Source: a virus
Lineage: Duplodnaviria; Caudoviricetes
DNA: 64,000 bases
IMG/VR virus record: IMGVR_UViG_2811995030_000001
Coordinates: 72,535-136,534 of that record
Reading direction: 5' to 3' (one strand)
Below are positions 38,153-49,045 of this stretch, piece after piece. The notes below the pieces were generated by a model that was given only the letters and a program-made list of their open reading frames with translations, ran no database searches and was not told the origin of the DNA. Position 1 is the first letter of the stretch. Each line of letters starts with the position of its first letter. The position numbers and the translations under genes were made by a program.

Positions 38153-38932
38153 ATGGGTTTAGTAAAAGAATGGGCAGGAAAATATGCAGAGGAAATTAAT
38201 TATGTAGCAAATAAACATGGAGTTGATCCTTTACTGGTAGCATCAATTATTAAAGCAGAAAGTAATTTTAGTGAAAAAGCTGAAAGTTACGCAGGGTCAA
38301 AAGGTTTAATGCAAATTTATCCTTCTACTTTTAGAAAATACATAGGAGATGGAGACGTATTTGATATTCGAGATAACATCGAGTGTGGAGTAAGGTATCT
38401 AAAGGATATTGTTAGCAAAGTCGGTTCAGATATTTTTAAAGTAGCAATGGCAGCGAATGTAGGTGCAAACTCTGTTGTTGAGAATAGAGACATTTTAAAC
38501 TCAACAGAAACTAAAGCTTATGTTAAAAGAGTTGTTGATAGTTATCAAAAATATATTTTCGATGAGGTAGAACATAAAAGAGACAGTGGGATTGCAGATG
38601 GTTGGGTTGCTATCTCCGCATCTGAAAAGGTGAAAGTAAAAGCCGGAAATGTTACAGGAGTAATGAAAGTTGAAGATGTTAAAGGAAGGTCTATTTTAAA
38701 CTTCTATGAAACTGGAGGCATTGATAGTCTTACAGTAAATGAGTTTCAAACAGCAAAAAATAGCGAAGAAGCGAAGGGAATCTTTATTACAAATTCGAAT
38801 AATAGCCTTGTCTTCTCAATGGATAAGAAAGGAAATATTGTTATCAATGCTGATAGATTAGCAACAAAAGAAGAGAATGTGGAAATCGCTAACTATATTG
38901 TAGAAAAATTAAAACAAGATAAAAAGGATTAA
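38153..38932 (+). CDS. lytic transglycosylase (SLT domain) with unrelated C-terminal domain
   Basis: GVDPLLVASIIKAESNF...GSKGLMQIYPST...DNIECGVRYL...ETKAYVKRV. Confidence 0.85.
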   Translation: MGLVKEWAGKYAEEINYVANKHGVDPLLVASIIKAESNFSEKAESYAGSKGLMQIYPSTFRKYIGDGDVFDIRDNIECGVRYLKDIVSKVGSDIFKVAMAANVGANSVVENRDILNSTETKAYVKRVVDSYQKYIFDEVEHKRDSGIADGWVAISASEKVKVKAGNVTGVMKVEDVKGRSILNFYETGGIDSLTVNEFQTAKNSEEAKGIFITNSNNSLVFSMDKKGNIVINADRLATKEENVEIANYIVEKLKQDKKD

Positions 38933-39073
38933 TTAACCACTAATTTGATTAAATATACATAAATAACTTTAAGGAGGTGATAGGTTGTCAAAGTGGAAGA
39001 CAGGCATTCCATAAAGCCCATTGTTATGCGGTTTATAAAGTGAAAAACTATAAAATAAATTGGAGTGATATAA

Positions 39074-39337
39074 ATGCAAAAAGTTGAAATTCAAGTAGAA
39101 GAATCCGTCCGTTATGAAGACACGATTCAGGTTATCCAGCCTACAGATATGTCAGATGAACAATTTGATAAGATTTTAAACCAAGCAGAGAAGGAAAATA
39201 GACGTTTTGAAGGTGGAGCAAAGGATTTAGCTTCTATTCTTGAAAGATTGGGTATTAAAGTTGTGTCGCAGACATTTAACTTCCCTGAGAGTCCACGAAG
39301 ATCAGAATTAGAAATTATTGATGTTAGAGACGTATAA
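39074..39337 (+). CDS. hypothetical protein
   Basis: GGAGTGA SD. Confidence 0.7.
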   Translation: MQKVEIQVEESVRYEDTIQVIQPTDMSDEQFDKILNQAEKENRRFEGGAKDLASILERLGIKVVSQTFNFPESPRRSELEIIDVRDV

Positions 39338-39430
39338 TAAATAGTTCTGTATCAAATTTAGGTTTTATCTAGAGTAATAGATTATTAATAAAAAAATAAA
39401 ATTATACATATAACTGGAGGAATTTATAAT

Positions 39431-40537
39431 ATGACAAACAACAAACCACAAACATTCGGTACTTTTGAAGCTAAAGGAACTATCACAGTTGATCCTAACA
39501 CTTTCCAAATTGATTTAAAAGGTAAAAATAACCCTCAATGGAATTATTCACGCCTTAATATGAAAATGGAAGATAACGAAGGAAATAGCTTCTACCTGAA
39601 TGCTCAAGATGGCTTTAGCTTAACAGATGGAAGAATTATCTATGCAAACCTCAAAGACGGTGAAGCAAATGAGCAGCTTCAAGTGGCTTTCGGTGATAGA
39701 AATAACCCAGAAATTCTAAAACATGTAGCTGACCGTTCGTTTATCAAGGTAGCATTAAGAAAAGTTAAAAATGAAGAAGGTAAAATGGTTTGGGATTATG
39801 TAAACTTTTTAACGGCATATGATGTAATGAATTATCTTAAAGATAGATTAAAAACAGGCATGAAGTTGTATGTACGTGGTCGTGTAAAGCACAGTATCTT
39901 TAATGATAAATTACAAAGAGAGTATGAAATTCAGCGTATCTTCCTATTACCTGCGGAGGAAGAGTCAGATTCAGGATTTAAATTTACTCAATCAGTACTA
40001 ATCTCATCTAACTCACTAGACTTAGAAAAATGGGAAACTGAAGGAATTGCTACTGTTAACACAAAACTTCACTATAAGAAAAAAGGCGTCTCAGAGTATC
40101 TTGATTTAGAATTGAAAATTAGAGCTACTGAAGAGAATAAAGGTACATATCAAAAAATTATTGATAAATATCTAACAGTCGAAGAGGATAAAATTCGTCA
40201 GATTACTGTGGATGGGAAGTATAAAATCGGGTACACGCAACGTCAAGTAACAAAAGAAGATTTGCCAGCAGAAGCATTAGAGTTAATTGAAGATGGATTC
40301 TACACACTTGAGGAAGTATTGAAAATGAATACTAACAATGGAGAACGAGTAGATGAAATGCAATTAACACGACCTACGTTGTTAAAGGATCGTGACACTG
40401 GTAAGCCAAAATTAATCATTGATGATGAAGCGTTTAAGCCTGAAGATTTAATTATGGTAGATGTAGAGCCAGAACCAGAAGTGGTAGTAAGCAACGATGA
40501 TGATGAAGATTTATCTTTCCTTGATGATTTAGATTGA
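39431..40537 (+). CDS. putative single-stranded DNA-binding protein
   Basis: First gene of the replication module; beta-rich (LYVRGRV); acidic tail DDDEDLSFLDDLD. Confidence 0.6.
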   Translation: MTNNKPQTFGTFEAKGTITVDPNTFQIDLKGKNNPQWNYSRLNMKMEDNEGNSFYLNAQDGFSLTDGRIIYANLKDGEANEQLQVAFGDRNNPEILKHVADRSFIKVALRKVKNEEGKMVWDYVNFLTAYDVMNYLKDRLKTGMKLYVRGRVKHSIFNDKLQREYEIQRIFLLPAEEESDSGFKFTQSVLISSNSLDLEKWETEGIATVNTKLHYKKKGVSEYLDLELKIRATEENKGTYQKIIDKYLTVEEDKIRQITVDGKYKIGYTQRQVTKEDLPAEALELIEDGFYTLEEVLKMNTNNGERVDEMQLTRPTLLKDRDTGKPKLIIDDEAFKPEDLIMVDVEPEPEVVVSNDDDEDLSFLDDLD

Positions 40538-40628
40538 TATATCATAGACAATCAAATAACTAATTACATATAAGCAGTAAAATTATAATTAAAAAAAATA
40601 AATTACATACATTTGGAGGAATTTATAT

Positions 40629-41603
40629 ATGACAATTTCATTTCGTAAACCAGCAGCTCGTAAACAAGGACTTAAAATTTTAGCTTATGGAGAAAATGGT
40701 GCAGGCAAATCACTTTTCACACTTTCATTCCCTAACAATGCAATCGTTGACTCTGAATCTAAGATTGGAGTATATGAGAATGATCCTGAATATAAAGATA
40801 ATATCGTAGGGGTGGCCGATACTGCTAATTACTACGATGTAATTAAACTATCAGAACAAGTAGTAAAGAATCCTACCCAATTTAACACATATACTATTGA
40901 TTCTTATACAAATATATATAATGGAATGCAAGTATCAGCTATGGAAAGTGAAGAAGAGCGTGCTCGTAAGAAGAAAGGTAATGTGGATGACGCAACAGTA
41001 TCTCAGCGTGGATGGGGAAAAGTTAAATTAAATACAATCCGATTTGACAGCTATATTGCTCAAGCTTCAGCCAAAGGAATTACAGTTATCGCTGTAGCTC
41101 ACAAGGATGACGTTATGCAAGATGCTAACGGTAAGGCGATTAAAGTAGGAGAGAAGCCTTCTCTACGTAAAAATGCTGAACATACTTTCGATGTAATTAT
41201 TCGATTCTATAAAGAGAAAGATATGGTTACTCAAGAATGGAAATTCTTTGCTGAGGTTGAGAAAGATACAACTAAAACGTATAAGCTTGGTACAAAGTTA
41301 GAGAACGTTACATATGAAGCATTTAAAGGTTATATCGAACGTAGTTCTAAAGCAGAAGGTATTGAAACTAACTATGACAAAGTTATTGAGTCAACAGTAA
41401 GCTCTATGCAAGAAGAATCAGCGAACCATGATGAACTAGTTGTTGAATTCAAAGCTCTATACAAAGAATTAAGCGCTAAAGATGAAGCTTTAAAAGGTGA
41501 AGTAGCTAAGATTCTAAAATCTAAAGGCGCAGAGAAATATAATGATCCATCACTTGCTACAAATTTAAAAGAGGCAATTGAAGAAATCAAAAAGTTAAAA
41601 TAA
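40629..41603 (+). CDS. AAA ATPase (Sak4/YorG-like)
   Basis: Walker A GENGAGKS; IVDSE; YTIDS. Confidence 0.8.
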   Translation: MTISFRKPAARKQGLKILAYGENGAGKSLFTLSFPNNAIVDSESKIGVYENDPEYKDNIVGVADTANYYDVIKLSEQVVKNPTQFNTYTIDSYTNIYNGMQVSAMESEEERARKKKGNVDDATVSQRGWGKVKLNTIRFDSYIAQASAKGITVIAVAHKDDVMQDANGKAIKVGEKPSLRKNAEHTFDVIIRFYKEKDMVTQEWKFFAEVEKDTTKTYKLGTKLENVTYEAFKGYIERSSKAEGIETNYDKVIESTVSSMQEESANHDELVVEFKALYKELSAKDEALKGEVAKILKSKGAEKYNDPSLATNLKEAIEEIKKLK

Positions 41604-41621
41604 TTGGTTTCAGATATATAA

Positions 41622-41650
41622 GGGTGGCAGGATACAAACTCCTGTCACCT
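41622..41650 (+). terminator. stem-loop
   Basis: GGTGGCAGGA-TACAAAC-TCCTGTCACC. Confidence 0.5.
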
Positions 41651-41672
41651 ATTCTAAAAAAGGAGTGAGCGT

Positions 41673-42299
41673 GTGACAAATCAAACGGCTACTTGTTATC
41701 ACTGCAAAGAAAAAGTAATGAAGTTAGAAGCTGTAAAGGAAGATATAACTAAGCCTGAAGCAAAAAGAAAATCATTTAGATACATACATAAAAATTGCTA
41801 TGAGAAGTATCAGGAAAGCCAAAAGGAAACAGAAGAAAAAATGAAAGATTGGAAAGATTGGGATGAACTTTACCAATATGTAAAGTATGAAATTTTCCAT
41901 TATGAAAAGAAAATGTCTCTAAGTAGGCAAGTTGTTGGTAGGCTGCAAGGCCTTAGATCAGGGAATTATGGATTTAAAAGAAATCAAAAGGTGTTGTTGA
42001 GTGATGAAGGTTATCCATATAAGGTAATATTATTAACTTTCAAAATTAAGAAGGTAGATATTATTAATGCTATTTCAGATAGGAGTAAATTCAAAAGTAA
42101 AGAGGATGGATGGAATTACGCAATGGCAATAGTCTCAAATAATATTAATAATGTGTATTTGAGATTGAGAGAGAGAGAAGAGAGCAATAGACGAGTTGAA
42201 GAAGTTAAACTTGAGAATCATGATGTACATACAGAGTTCAAAAACAAAACTAAAATACATAAAAATAAAGTCGCTAACAAATTAAGCCACTTGTTTTAG
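41673..42299 (+). CDS. YorH-like replication protein (possible helicase loader)
   Basis: CYHC...HKNC N-terminus; WDELYQYVK..IF; directly upstream of the helicase. Confidence 0.6.
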   Translation: MTNQTATCYHCKEKVMKLEAVKEDITKPEAKRKSFRYIHKNCYEKYQESQKETEEKMKDWKDWDELYQYVKYEIFHYEKKMSLSRQVVGRLQGLRSGNYGFKRNQKVLLSDEGYPYKVILLTFKIKKVDIINAISDRSKFKSKEDGWNYAMAIVSNNINNVYLRLREREESNRRVEEVKLENHDVHTEFKNKTKIHKNKVANKLSHLF

Positions 42300-42313
42300 A
42301 GAGGGGTTGTTGA

Positions 42314-43813
42314 ATGGAACAGGTTCTTGATAAGAAAGAAGTAATGAAAGCAAAGATTAAAGAAATTATGAAGCCAGTTGAAGCTAACGTTGTTGGATGT
42401 ATGTGGTCAAAAACAGAACTATATTATGACTATGCAGATTTAACAAGAAAGACGTTTAAAAATCCAATTTGGAGCTTCTATTATACAGTTGGCCTTAAAG
42501 TAGTAAATAAGAACATTACAGTTTTAGATGAAGTAGCTGTAGAAGTATACATAAAAGATAATCCACAACTCATGGAGAACTATGAGAAGTATGGAAAATT
42601 CGATATTATTGATAATTTAAAATCATATATCACAGTAGATAATATTGAGGCATACATAAATGATTTAAAGAAGTGGTCAGCTTTATATGACATTGTAGAT
42701 AACCTTACTATTGATGAGTCAGTTATTACAGATGCTCACGACATGGATATTAACGATTTATATGACTACTTTAATGCTCAAATGAACAGTATTTTTATCA
42801 ATGCAGATGATGGAGTTGAGTCACACAAATTAGAAGATGATTTAGATGACATTATTGAGGAGGCTAATAAAGGTTTAAATGTGGGAATGCCTATCCCAAG
42901 TGATATTTTAAGTGAAGAAATAGGAGGAGTAATGCAAGGTCAGATTATCCTTGTAGGAGGCCTAAGTGGTACAGGTAAGACAGGTTTTACGATTCAAATG
43001 ATGCTTTCCTCGCTATTTGAAAATGAAGAAGCAGGAGGAATAATGCTAAATGAGCAGGATCATGTTAAATGGAAACAGGAATTGCTGACATGGATTATTA
43101 ATAATAAGTTAATTCATTTAGAGAAGTTTAAAAACTGTAAGCCATTCAACAAGAAGAGATGGAGACAAGGAAACTTTACTGATGAAGAACATCAACTATT
43201 AAAAGCAGCTTCTAAATATCTAAAGAATAAGATGAAAAACAACCAAATCGTTCTTATTCACTTTAAATCATATTCACGAAAACAAGCAGAAAGGGTAATT
43301 AGAAAGTATGCCTCATTAGGAGTTAAAAACTTTGTTCTTGATACATTTAAAATTTCTTCTGACAGAGACAACACTGATTCATTTTGGTTATCAATGCAAG
43401 AGGATATGCGTAAATTTGATGACCTAATTAAACCGTCCAACTTAGACGTTTCATTATGGGTAACACTTCAATTACAGAAAGGCAGTGCATTAAAACGATA
43501 CTTAACAGGTGATTCAATTGGTATGGCAAAGAACGTAATTGACGTTGCTTCTGTTGGATTATTAATGAGAAGGTTACGTAATGATGAATACAGTGATGGA
43601 AAGTATCCTGTGAAGGTGTGGAAGCCACTAACAAAAGAAAGCATGCAATCAGGAAAAGAAATAAAGCTAGATAGAAATAGGAAATACGTTGTTATCTTTA
43701 TAGAAAAGAACCGTAATGGGGAGGCACAATCTTATCAAATTGTAGCAGAGCAAGACTTAGGAAGATTAGTTTATAAAGAGATAGGGATATGTGATATTCC
43801 ATTTGACTCTTAA
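42314..43813 (+). CDS. DnaB-like replicative helicase (YorI-like)
   Basis: Walker A GLSGTGKT; LNEQ; VLDTFK; TLQL; KNRNG. Confidence 0.88.
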   Translation: MEQVLDKKEVMKAKIKEIMKPVEANVVGCMWSKTELYYDYADLTRKTFKNPIWSFYYTVGLKVVNKNITVLDEVAVEVYIKDNPQLMENYEKYGKFDIIDNLKSYITVDNIEAYINDLKKWSALYDIVDNLTIDESVITDAHDMDINDLYDYFNAQMNSIFINADDGVESHKLEDDLDDIIEEANKGLNVGMPIPSDILSEEIGGVMQGQIILVGGLSGTGKTGFTIQMMLSSLFENEEAGGIMLNEQDHVKWKQELLTWIINNKLIHLEKFKNCKPFNKKRWRQGNFTDEEHQLLKAASKYLKNKMKNNQIVLIHFKSYSRKQAERVIRKYASLGVKNFVLDTFKISSDRDNTDSFWLSMQEDMRKFDDLIKPSNLDVSLWVTLQLQKGSALKRYLTGDSIGMAKNVIDVASVGLLMRRLRNDEYSDGKYPVKVWKPLTKESMQSGKEIKLDRNRKYVVIFIEKNRNGEAQSYQIVAEQDLGRLVYKEIGICDIPFDS

Positions 43814-43824
43814 GAGGTGTTTAG

Positions 43825-44847
43825 ATGGATGCTAGAGAGTTAGAAAAATACATAATTGAAAATGATTTATTACAACAACTATTAGAAAAGGTGGGATGTC
43901 ATTCATTTGTACCGTATGCTAATGAGATAAGATGTGCTTTACCTGATGAGAATGACAACAGTAAAGTTTCCATCTTCCCAGATAACTTATCAATACGAGT
44001 ATTTACGAAAGGAGAAACAATATACGGAAGAATTTACGATTTAGTGATGTACATATATGATATTCCTTTTACAAATGCATATAAGAAATGCTTAGCGCTA
44101 TTAGGATTATCTGGAGGAATAATTACTAAGAAGACGGATCATTTAGCTTTCTTTAAAGGAATCAAAACCAAGCGTAAGAGAACAACATCTGATAATGAGC
44201 AAGTTTATTATGATATATCTGTTCTCGATAAATACTCTAAGATTCCTCACATTGATTTAATACATAAGGATAGTATCATTGGTCAAGATGTAATTGACAA
44301 ATATCACGTTAGATTTGATGAACAAAGTGAAAGAATTATATTTCCTCATTTTAAATATGATGACAAAAATAAAATAGTTGGAGTAGTGGGGAGAACAGTT
44401 AACAAAGCATGGGAAGAGCTTAATATCCCCAAATACTTCCCTATAGATGGGATGAGGTATGAAAAGAGTTCCAATCTATACGGATTGAGTCATAATATGG
44501 AAAGTGTACAACAGACAGGACAAATCGTTGTATTTGAAGCAGAAAAGAGTGTTATTAAGTTAGATATGTTTGGTTATCCAATTGGAGTATCTGTAGGATG
44601 TCATGAAGTATCTAATGAGCAGCTAAAAATACTATTATCTTTAAATTGTGAAGTGGTAATAGCCTTTGATAAGGGCATTGAAAAGAGTCATGTTCTAGAG
44701 ACATGTGGTAGAATAAATAAGTTTCAAAAGGTAAGTTACATAGAAGATAAATGGGATTTATTAAAGAAAGGTGATAGTCCAGTAGATAAAGGGTATAAGA
44801 AGTGGAACTTTCTATTAAAACACAGAACTTTTGTAAAGGGTGATTAA
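43825..44847 (+). CDS. DNA primase (YorJ-like, TOPRIM)
   Basis: RIIFPH...GVVGR; LYGL; VFEAEKS; IAFD. Confidence 0.85.
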   Translation: MDARELEKYIIENDLLQQLLEKVGCHSFVPYANEIRCALPDENDNSKVSIFPDNLSIRVFTKGETIYGRIYDLVMYIYDIPFTNAYKKCLALLGLSGGIITKKTDHLAFFKGIKTKRKRTTSDNEQVYYDISVLDKYSKIPHIDLIHKDSIIGQDVIDKYHVRFDEQSERIIFPHFKYDDKNKIVGVVGRTVNKAWEELNIPKYFPIDGMRYEKSSNLYGLSHNMESVQQTGQIVVFEAEKSVIKLDMFGYPIGVSVGCHEVSNEQLKILLSLNCEVVIAFDKGIEKSHVLETCGRINKFQKVSYIEDKWDLLKKGDSPVDKGYKKWNFLLKHRTFVKGD

Positions 44848-45957
44848 GTGGGAGCTAGAGATAAATTAGTGATTCCTAAGAAATTTATTAAAAAATATGG
44901 TGAAAAATTTCCTCTTTGGAGTTATAGTAAGATTAACACCTTAGATAATTGCAAGCATGAATACTATCTTTCCAGAGTTAAGAAGCTAAAGAGTGAGGAT
45001 AATATCTATACAGTATCAGGAACATGTGCTCATGATATTATTCAAGACTATTACGAAAATAAAATAAAATACAATCAAATGGCTGATCTATTTGAAACAA
45101 AGTTCTTTGATATTGAAATATCGGATTTTAGATTTAGTAGTGATGAGCAGAAAAACACATCAATGAGAAACAAATATAAAAGTTGTGTTAAAGATTTCTT
45201 TCTTACACACAAGCCAATTGAAACTAAAGTATTAACAGAAAAATTAATTTGGGTAGATGTAGACGGCCATGTGTTTATGGGATATGTAGATGCAATCATT
45301 AAAGATCAAGACGGCAATTATAATATTATTGATTGGAAAACAAGTACAATTTATAAGGGAGCTAAGATTAAATTACATGGTAAACAGCTATTATTATACG
45401 CTTTGGGTCTTCATCAGATGGGTGTTCCTTTGGATAAGATTAAAGTTGCATGGAATTTCCTAAAGTATGTCAACGTTACATATAAGCAAAAGAATGGTAA
45501 GTATAAAACAACAAGCTCAGAGAGACATAAATGGGTAGCAGCAATCAAAACACCTTTAAAGAAGGACATCAAGAGTGTGTATAATATGGAAGATTGGGAG
45601 GCTGATATTAAACTTGAAGAGTTAATTTCTGCAAATTCATTGGATGGACTAGATGAAGAAATACAAAACAAATATAAATTAGATGATTGTTATGTGTATG
45701 CTGAAGTATCGGAGGAATTGGTTAATGAATTAAAACGTGATCTTGTAGCAGGAATTGAAGAGATTAATGAGAGAGGTGACGAGGAAGACAAGTGGAATCG
45801 TGAGCCTATCCAGCCTAAAGATGAGTTTTATTGTAATGTCTTATGTGGAGTAAAAAGACATTGTAAATTCTATAAAGCTTATCAGGAAAAGAATAAGAAG
45901 TATCAATCAGAAGAAGATAAACTACTTGAAGAAATAGACAACATTTTATCCTTATAG
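44848..45957 (+). CDS. PD-(D/E)XK nuclease with Fe-S-type cysteines (AddB/Cas4-like)
   Basis: SYSKI...C..EY; GTCAH; GYVD...IIDWKT; QLLLY; C-terminal CxxxC...C. Confidence 0.85.
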   Translation: MGARDKLVIPKKFIKKYGEKFPLWSYSKINTLDNCKHEYYLSRVKKLKSEDNIYTVSGTCAHDIIQDYYENKIKYNQMADLFETKFFDIEISDFRFSSDEQKNTSMRNKYKSCVKDFFLTHKPIETKVLTEKLIWVDVDGHVFMGYVDAIIKDQDGNYNIIDWKTSTIYKGAKIKLHGKQLLLYALGLHQMGVPLDKIKVAWNFLKYVNVTYKQKNGKYKTTSSERHKWVAAIKTPLKKDIKSVYNMEDWEADIKLEELISANSLDGLDEEIQNKYKLDDCYVYAEVSEELVNELKRDLVAGIEEINERGDEEDKWNREPIQPKDEFYCNVLCGVKRHCKFYKAYQEKNKKYQSEEDKLLEEIDNILSL

Positions 45958-45973
45958 GAGGTGAGGAATTGAG

Positions 45974-48900
45974 ATGGGAAACTATACACTGTTTCATTTA
46001 CACTCAATGCTCAGCAACGCAACTACAATAGATAGTGCTTCTCATTATGAAGAATATATAAAACTTGCTAAGAAGCATAATATGAAAGCTTTAGCATTTT
46101 CCGAACATGGTGGCGTGTTTGAATGGATAAAGAAAAAGCAGGCTATGAATAAGGAAGGCATTAAGTATATACATGGTCAAGAATTTTATCTGACCACCAC
46201 TTTAGAAGAAAAACTAAAAGAAACTTACCATATTGGGTTATATGCAAAGAATTGGGAAGGGGTAAAAGAGCTTAATAAATTGTCTTCTATTGCTTACAAG
46301 AAGTCTACCAATCATTATTACTACAAGCCAAGAATATCCCTAGAGGAATTGTTTCAAACGAGTAAGAATATTATCGTAACAACAGCATGTCTTGGTTCAA
46401 TTCTTTGGCAACGAAGAAATGAGTTAGGTATTATAAATAAGTTTATGGATTGGGCTGTTAATAATAAAGATAGAGTGTTCTTAGAAATTCAATATCATAA
46501 CGATGTTGAGCAGATTGAATATAATCAGCTTTTACATAAGTGGTCACAGAGATACGGATTAAGGTTGATTGCAGGAACAGATACACATTCTTCTTCGGAG
46601 TATAAGGCTGAGTGTCGATCAATTCTTCAAAAGGCTAAAAATATGAGTTATGGCCATGAAGATGCATATGATCTAACATTTAAAACATATGAAGAGTTAA
46701 TTGATAAATTTAAAGAGCAAGACTCATTGCCAGAAGAGGTTTATATGGAGGCAATCGAAAATACAAATGTATTTGCGGATATGATTGAAGACTTCGAGCT
46801 GGATACTTCATTTAAATATCCTAAGATATACGAGAACGATGAGGAGGAGTTTAAAAGCACTCTTGCTAAAAAATACAAGCAGAAAGTTCAAGATGGGATC
46901 ATAGATGATTCTAAAGGTGAGTATAAGAAGGGGATTGCTGAGGAGCTAAGAGCGTTTAAAAAGTTGGGTATGCTTAGCTTTATGACCTTCATGTCTGAAT
47001 TAACAACATGGTGTTGGGATAATAACATTCCTATCGGTTATAATCGTGGCTCTGTAGGTGGAAGTGTTATTGCTTATATTATGGATATTATAGACTTAGA
47101 TCCTGTGAAATGGAACACTGTATTTTCAAGGTTTTGTAATGAAGATCGTGTTAGTTTAGGAGATATAGATATTGATTTTGATCCGAATGATAGAGGTAAG
47201 GTTTTTGAATATATCATCAATAGATTCGAGAATAAACAAACGGCCTATATAATCACATTTAACACAGTTGCAGATAAGGGAACTATTGATGAGATTGGAA
47301 GAGCTTTAAAAATACCTCTTAGTGAGGTTAGCGTGATTAAGAAAGATTATGATAGTGATCCAGACAAGGCGAGAGAAACGTACCCTCATGTTTTCAAATA
47401 TTTCGATGGAATCAAGGGGACTATTACATCTAAAGGGATGCATCCAGCGGGAATTGTAGCCTCGCCTATTACGCTAGATGATTCTATTGGGTTTATATAT
47501 GACGAAGATAAGCCTATAGTACAGTGTGGTATGAAAGCTATTGACAGCTTGAATTATGTTAAATTCGATATATTAGGTTTAAAAAATATCGGTGTAATTA
47601 AGAAAACATTTGAGTATTTAAATAAGCGATATATGAAGTCTCATGAAATAGATTGGAATGACTCTGATGTATGGAGAGACATGATTAACTCGCCAGTAGC
47701 AATATTTCAATTTGAAGGTAATTATGCGTTTGAAATGCTTCAAAGATTCAAACCACAAGCTATAAATGACATGTCAATTGTTAATGCAGCACTTAGACCT
47801 TCGGGAGCGTCATATCGTGATAAATTAATGGCAAAGGAGTTCCATAATAACCCTTCAGAACAAATCGATGAGCTGTTAAAGGATAATATGGGTTATCTAA
47901 TCTTCCAAGAGGATACTATTAAATTCTTAACAGATATATGTGGATTTAGTGGTGCAGAAGCCGATAACGTTAGGCGTGCCATTGGTAAGAAGGATATGGA
48001 GAAATTACAAGAGGCACTACCTTTAATACTAGATGGGTATTGCTCAAAGTCTGATAAGTCAAGGGATATTGCTGAACAAGAAGCTAAAGAGTTCATACAG
48101 ATTATATCTGACTCAAGTGATTATCAATTTGGATATAATCATTCTACTGGATACAGCATGGTTGGATATACATGCGCTATGCTTAGATATTACTATCCTT
48201 TAGAGTTTACTACTTCATTTTTAAACCAAGCAGCAAACGATGATGACATTAAGAATGGTGCTGAGTTGGCTAAGATGAAAGGAATTAAAATACTTCCTCC
48301 TAAATACGGATTTTCAAAAGGGGAATATTTCTTTGACAGAGAGGATAATGCGATATATAAAGGAATTGGATCAATTAAATTTCTTAATGAAGATGTTGGT
48401 AATAAGCTGTATGAATTATCTAAAACTAAAAAGCATGATACATTTAGCGATTTATTATACGATATTCAGCATAATTCTATTGCAAACTTTAAGCAGATAA
48501 AGATTCTTGCCACATTAAACTTCTTCTCTGAGTTTGGAGGAAACCAAAAGCTTCTTAATATCATTGATAAATATGAGGCTAGACTTAAAAATAGAGACCT
48601 TAAAGAAGGAACAAAGGTTAAAAGGCTTGAAGAAATTAATACATATGAGAAGGAAATTAATAATGATAAGGTTGGAATTAAAGAGCAAATAAGAGCAGAG
48701 ATTGATTATTATGGCTACGAGGTAACTATAATCGAGAAGTCCCCAGAAAGTGTTTATATAGTCACTGGAATTGACACTAAATATGCCCCCAAAATAAGAT
48801 TGTACAACTTGCATTCTGGAGAGGTGTTAAATTTAAAATGCTCTAAAGCAGAAATGAAAAAGAATATGTTTGGTCAATATTCGATCATTCAAGTTAAGCA

Positions 48901-48997
48901 AACTGTTAATAAGAAAAAGAAAAGACCTGTAAATGGTAAGTGGGTAGAGATTGATGAAATGGAGCAACATTTAACTTTATGGAATGTCTTAAGATAA
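45974..48997 (+). CDS. dnaE: DNA polymerase III alpha subunit (phage DnaE, YorL-like)
   Basis: PHP HLHS...EHG; RGSVGGS; DIDID; HPAG; KFDILGL; IFQE; FGYNHS. Confidence 0.93.
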   Translation: MGNYTLFHLHSMLSNATTIDSASHYEEYIKLAKKHNMKALAFSEHGGVFEWIKKKQAMNKEGIKYIHGQEFYLTTTLEEKLKETYHIGLYAKNWEGVKELNKLSSIAYKKSTNHYYYKPRISLEELFQTSKNIIVTTACLGSILWQRRNELGIINKFMDWAVNNKDRVFLEIQYHNDVEQIEYNQLLHKWSQRYGLRLIAGTDTHSSSEYKAECRSILQKAKNMSYGHEDAYDLTFKTYEELIDKFKEQDSLPEEVYMEAIENTNVFADMIEDFELDTSFKYPKIYENDEEEFKSTLAKKYKQKVQDGIIDDSKGEYKKGIAEELRAFKKLGMLSFMTFMSELTTWCWDNNIPIGYNRGSVGGSVIAYIMDIIDLDPVKWNTVFSRFCNEDRVSLGDIDIDFDPNDRGKVFEYIINRFENKQTAYIITFNTVADKGTIDEIGRALKIPLSEVSVIKKDYDSDPDKARETYPHVFKYFDGIKGTITSKGMHPAGIVASPITLDDSIGFIYDEDKPIVQCGMKAIDSLNYVKFDILGLKNIGVIKKTFEYLNKRYMKSHEIDWNDSDVWRDMINSPVAIFQFEGNYAFEMLQRFKPQAINDMSIVNAALRPSGASYRDKLMAKEFHNNPSEQIDELLKDNMGYLIFQEDTIKFLTDICGFSGAEADNVRRAIGKKDMEKLQEALPLILDGYCSKSDKSRDIAEQEAKEFIQIISDSSDYQFGYNHSTGYSMVGYTCAMLRYYYPLEFTTSFLNQAANDDDIKNGAELAKMKGIKILPPKYGFSKGEYFFDREDNAIYKGIGSIKFLNEDVGNKLYELSKTKKHDTFSDLLYDIQHNSIANFKQIKILATLNFFSEFGGNQKLLNIIDKYEARLKNRDLKEGTKVKRLEEINTYEKEINNDKVGIKEQIRAEIDYYGYEVTIIEKSPESVYIVTGIDTKYAPKIRLYNLHSGEVLNLKCSKAEMKKNMFGQYSIIQVKQTVNKKKKRPVNGKWVEIDEMEQHLTLWNVLR

Positions 48998-49045
48998 ATA
49001 AATAATACATAGGAGTGATTCATTATCGGTTTAACTTATAAACAA

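Noticed and set aside
39403-39425. Self-target of the TnpB1 guide upstream of the SSB-like gene (ATAACTGG-AGGAAT)
   Set aside because: Needs a bulge after 8 nt, the remainder is simply SD sequence, and the upstream bases differ from the candidate TAM; chance cannot be excluded.
44848-45957. CRISPR-associated Cas4
   Set aside because: No cas1/cas2 or array; embedded in the replication operon.
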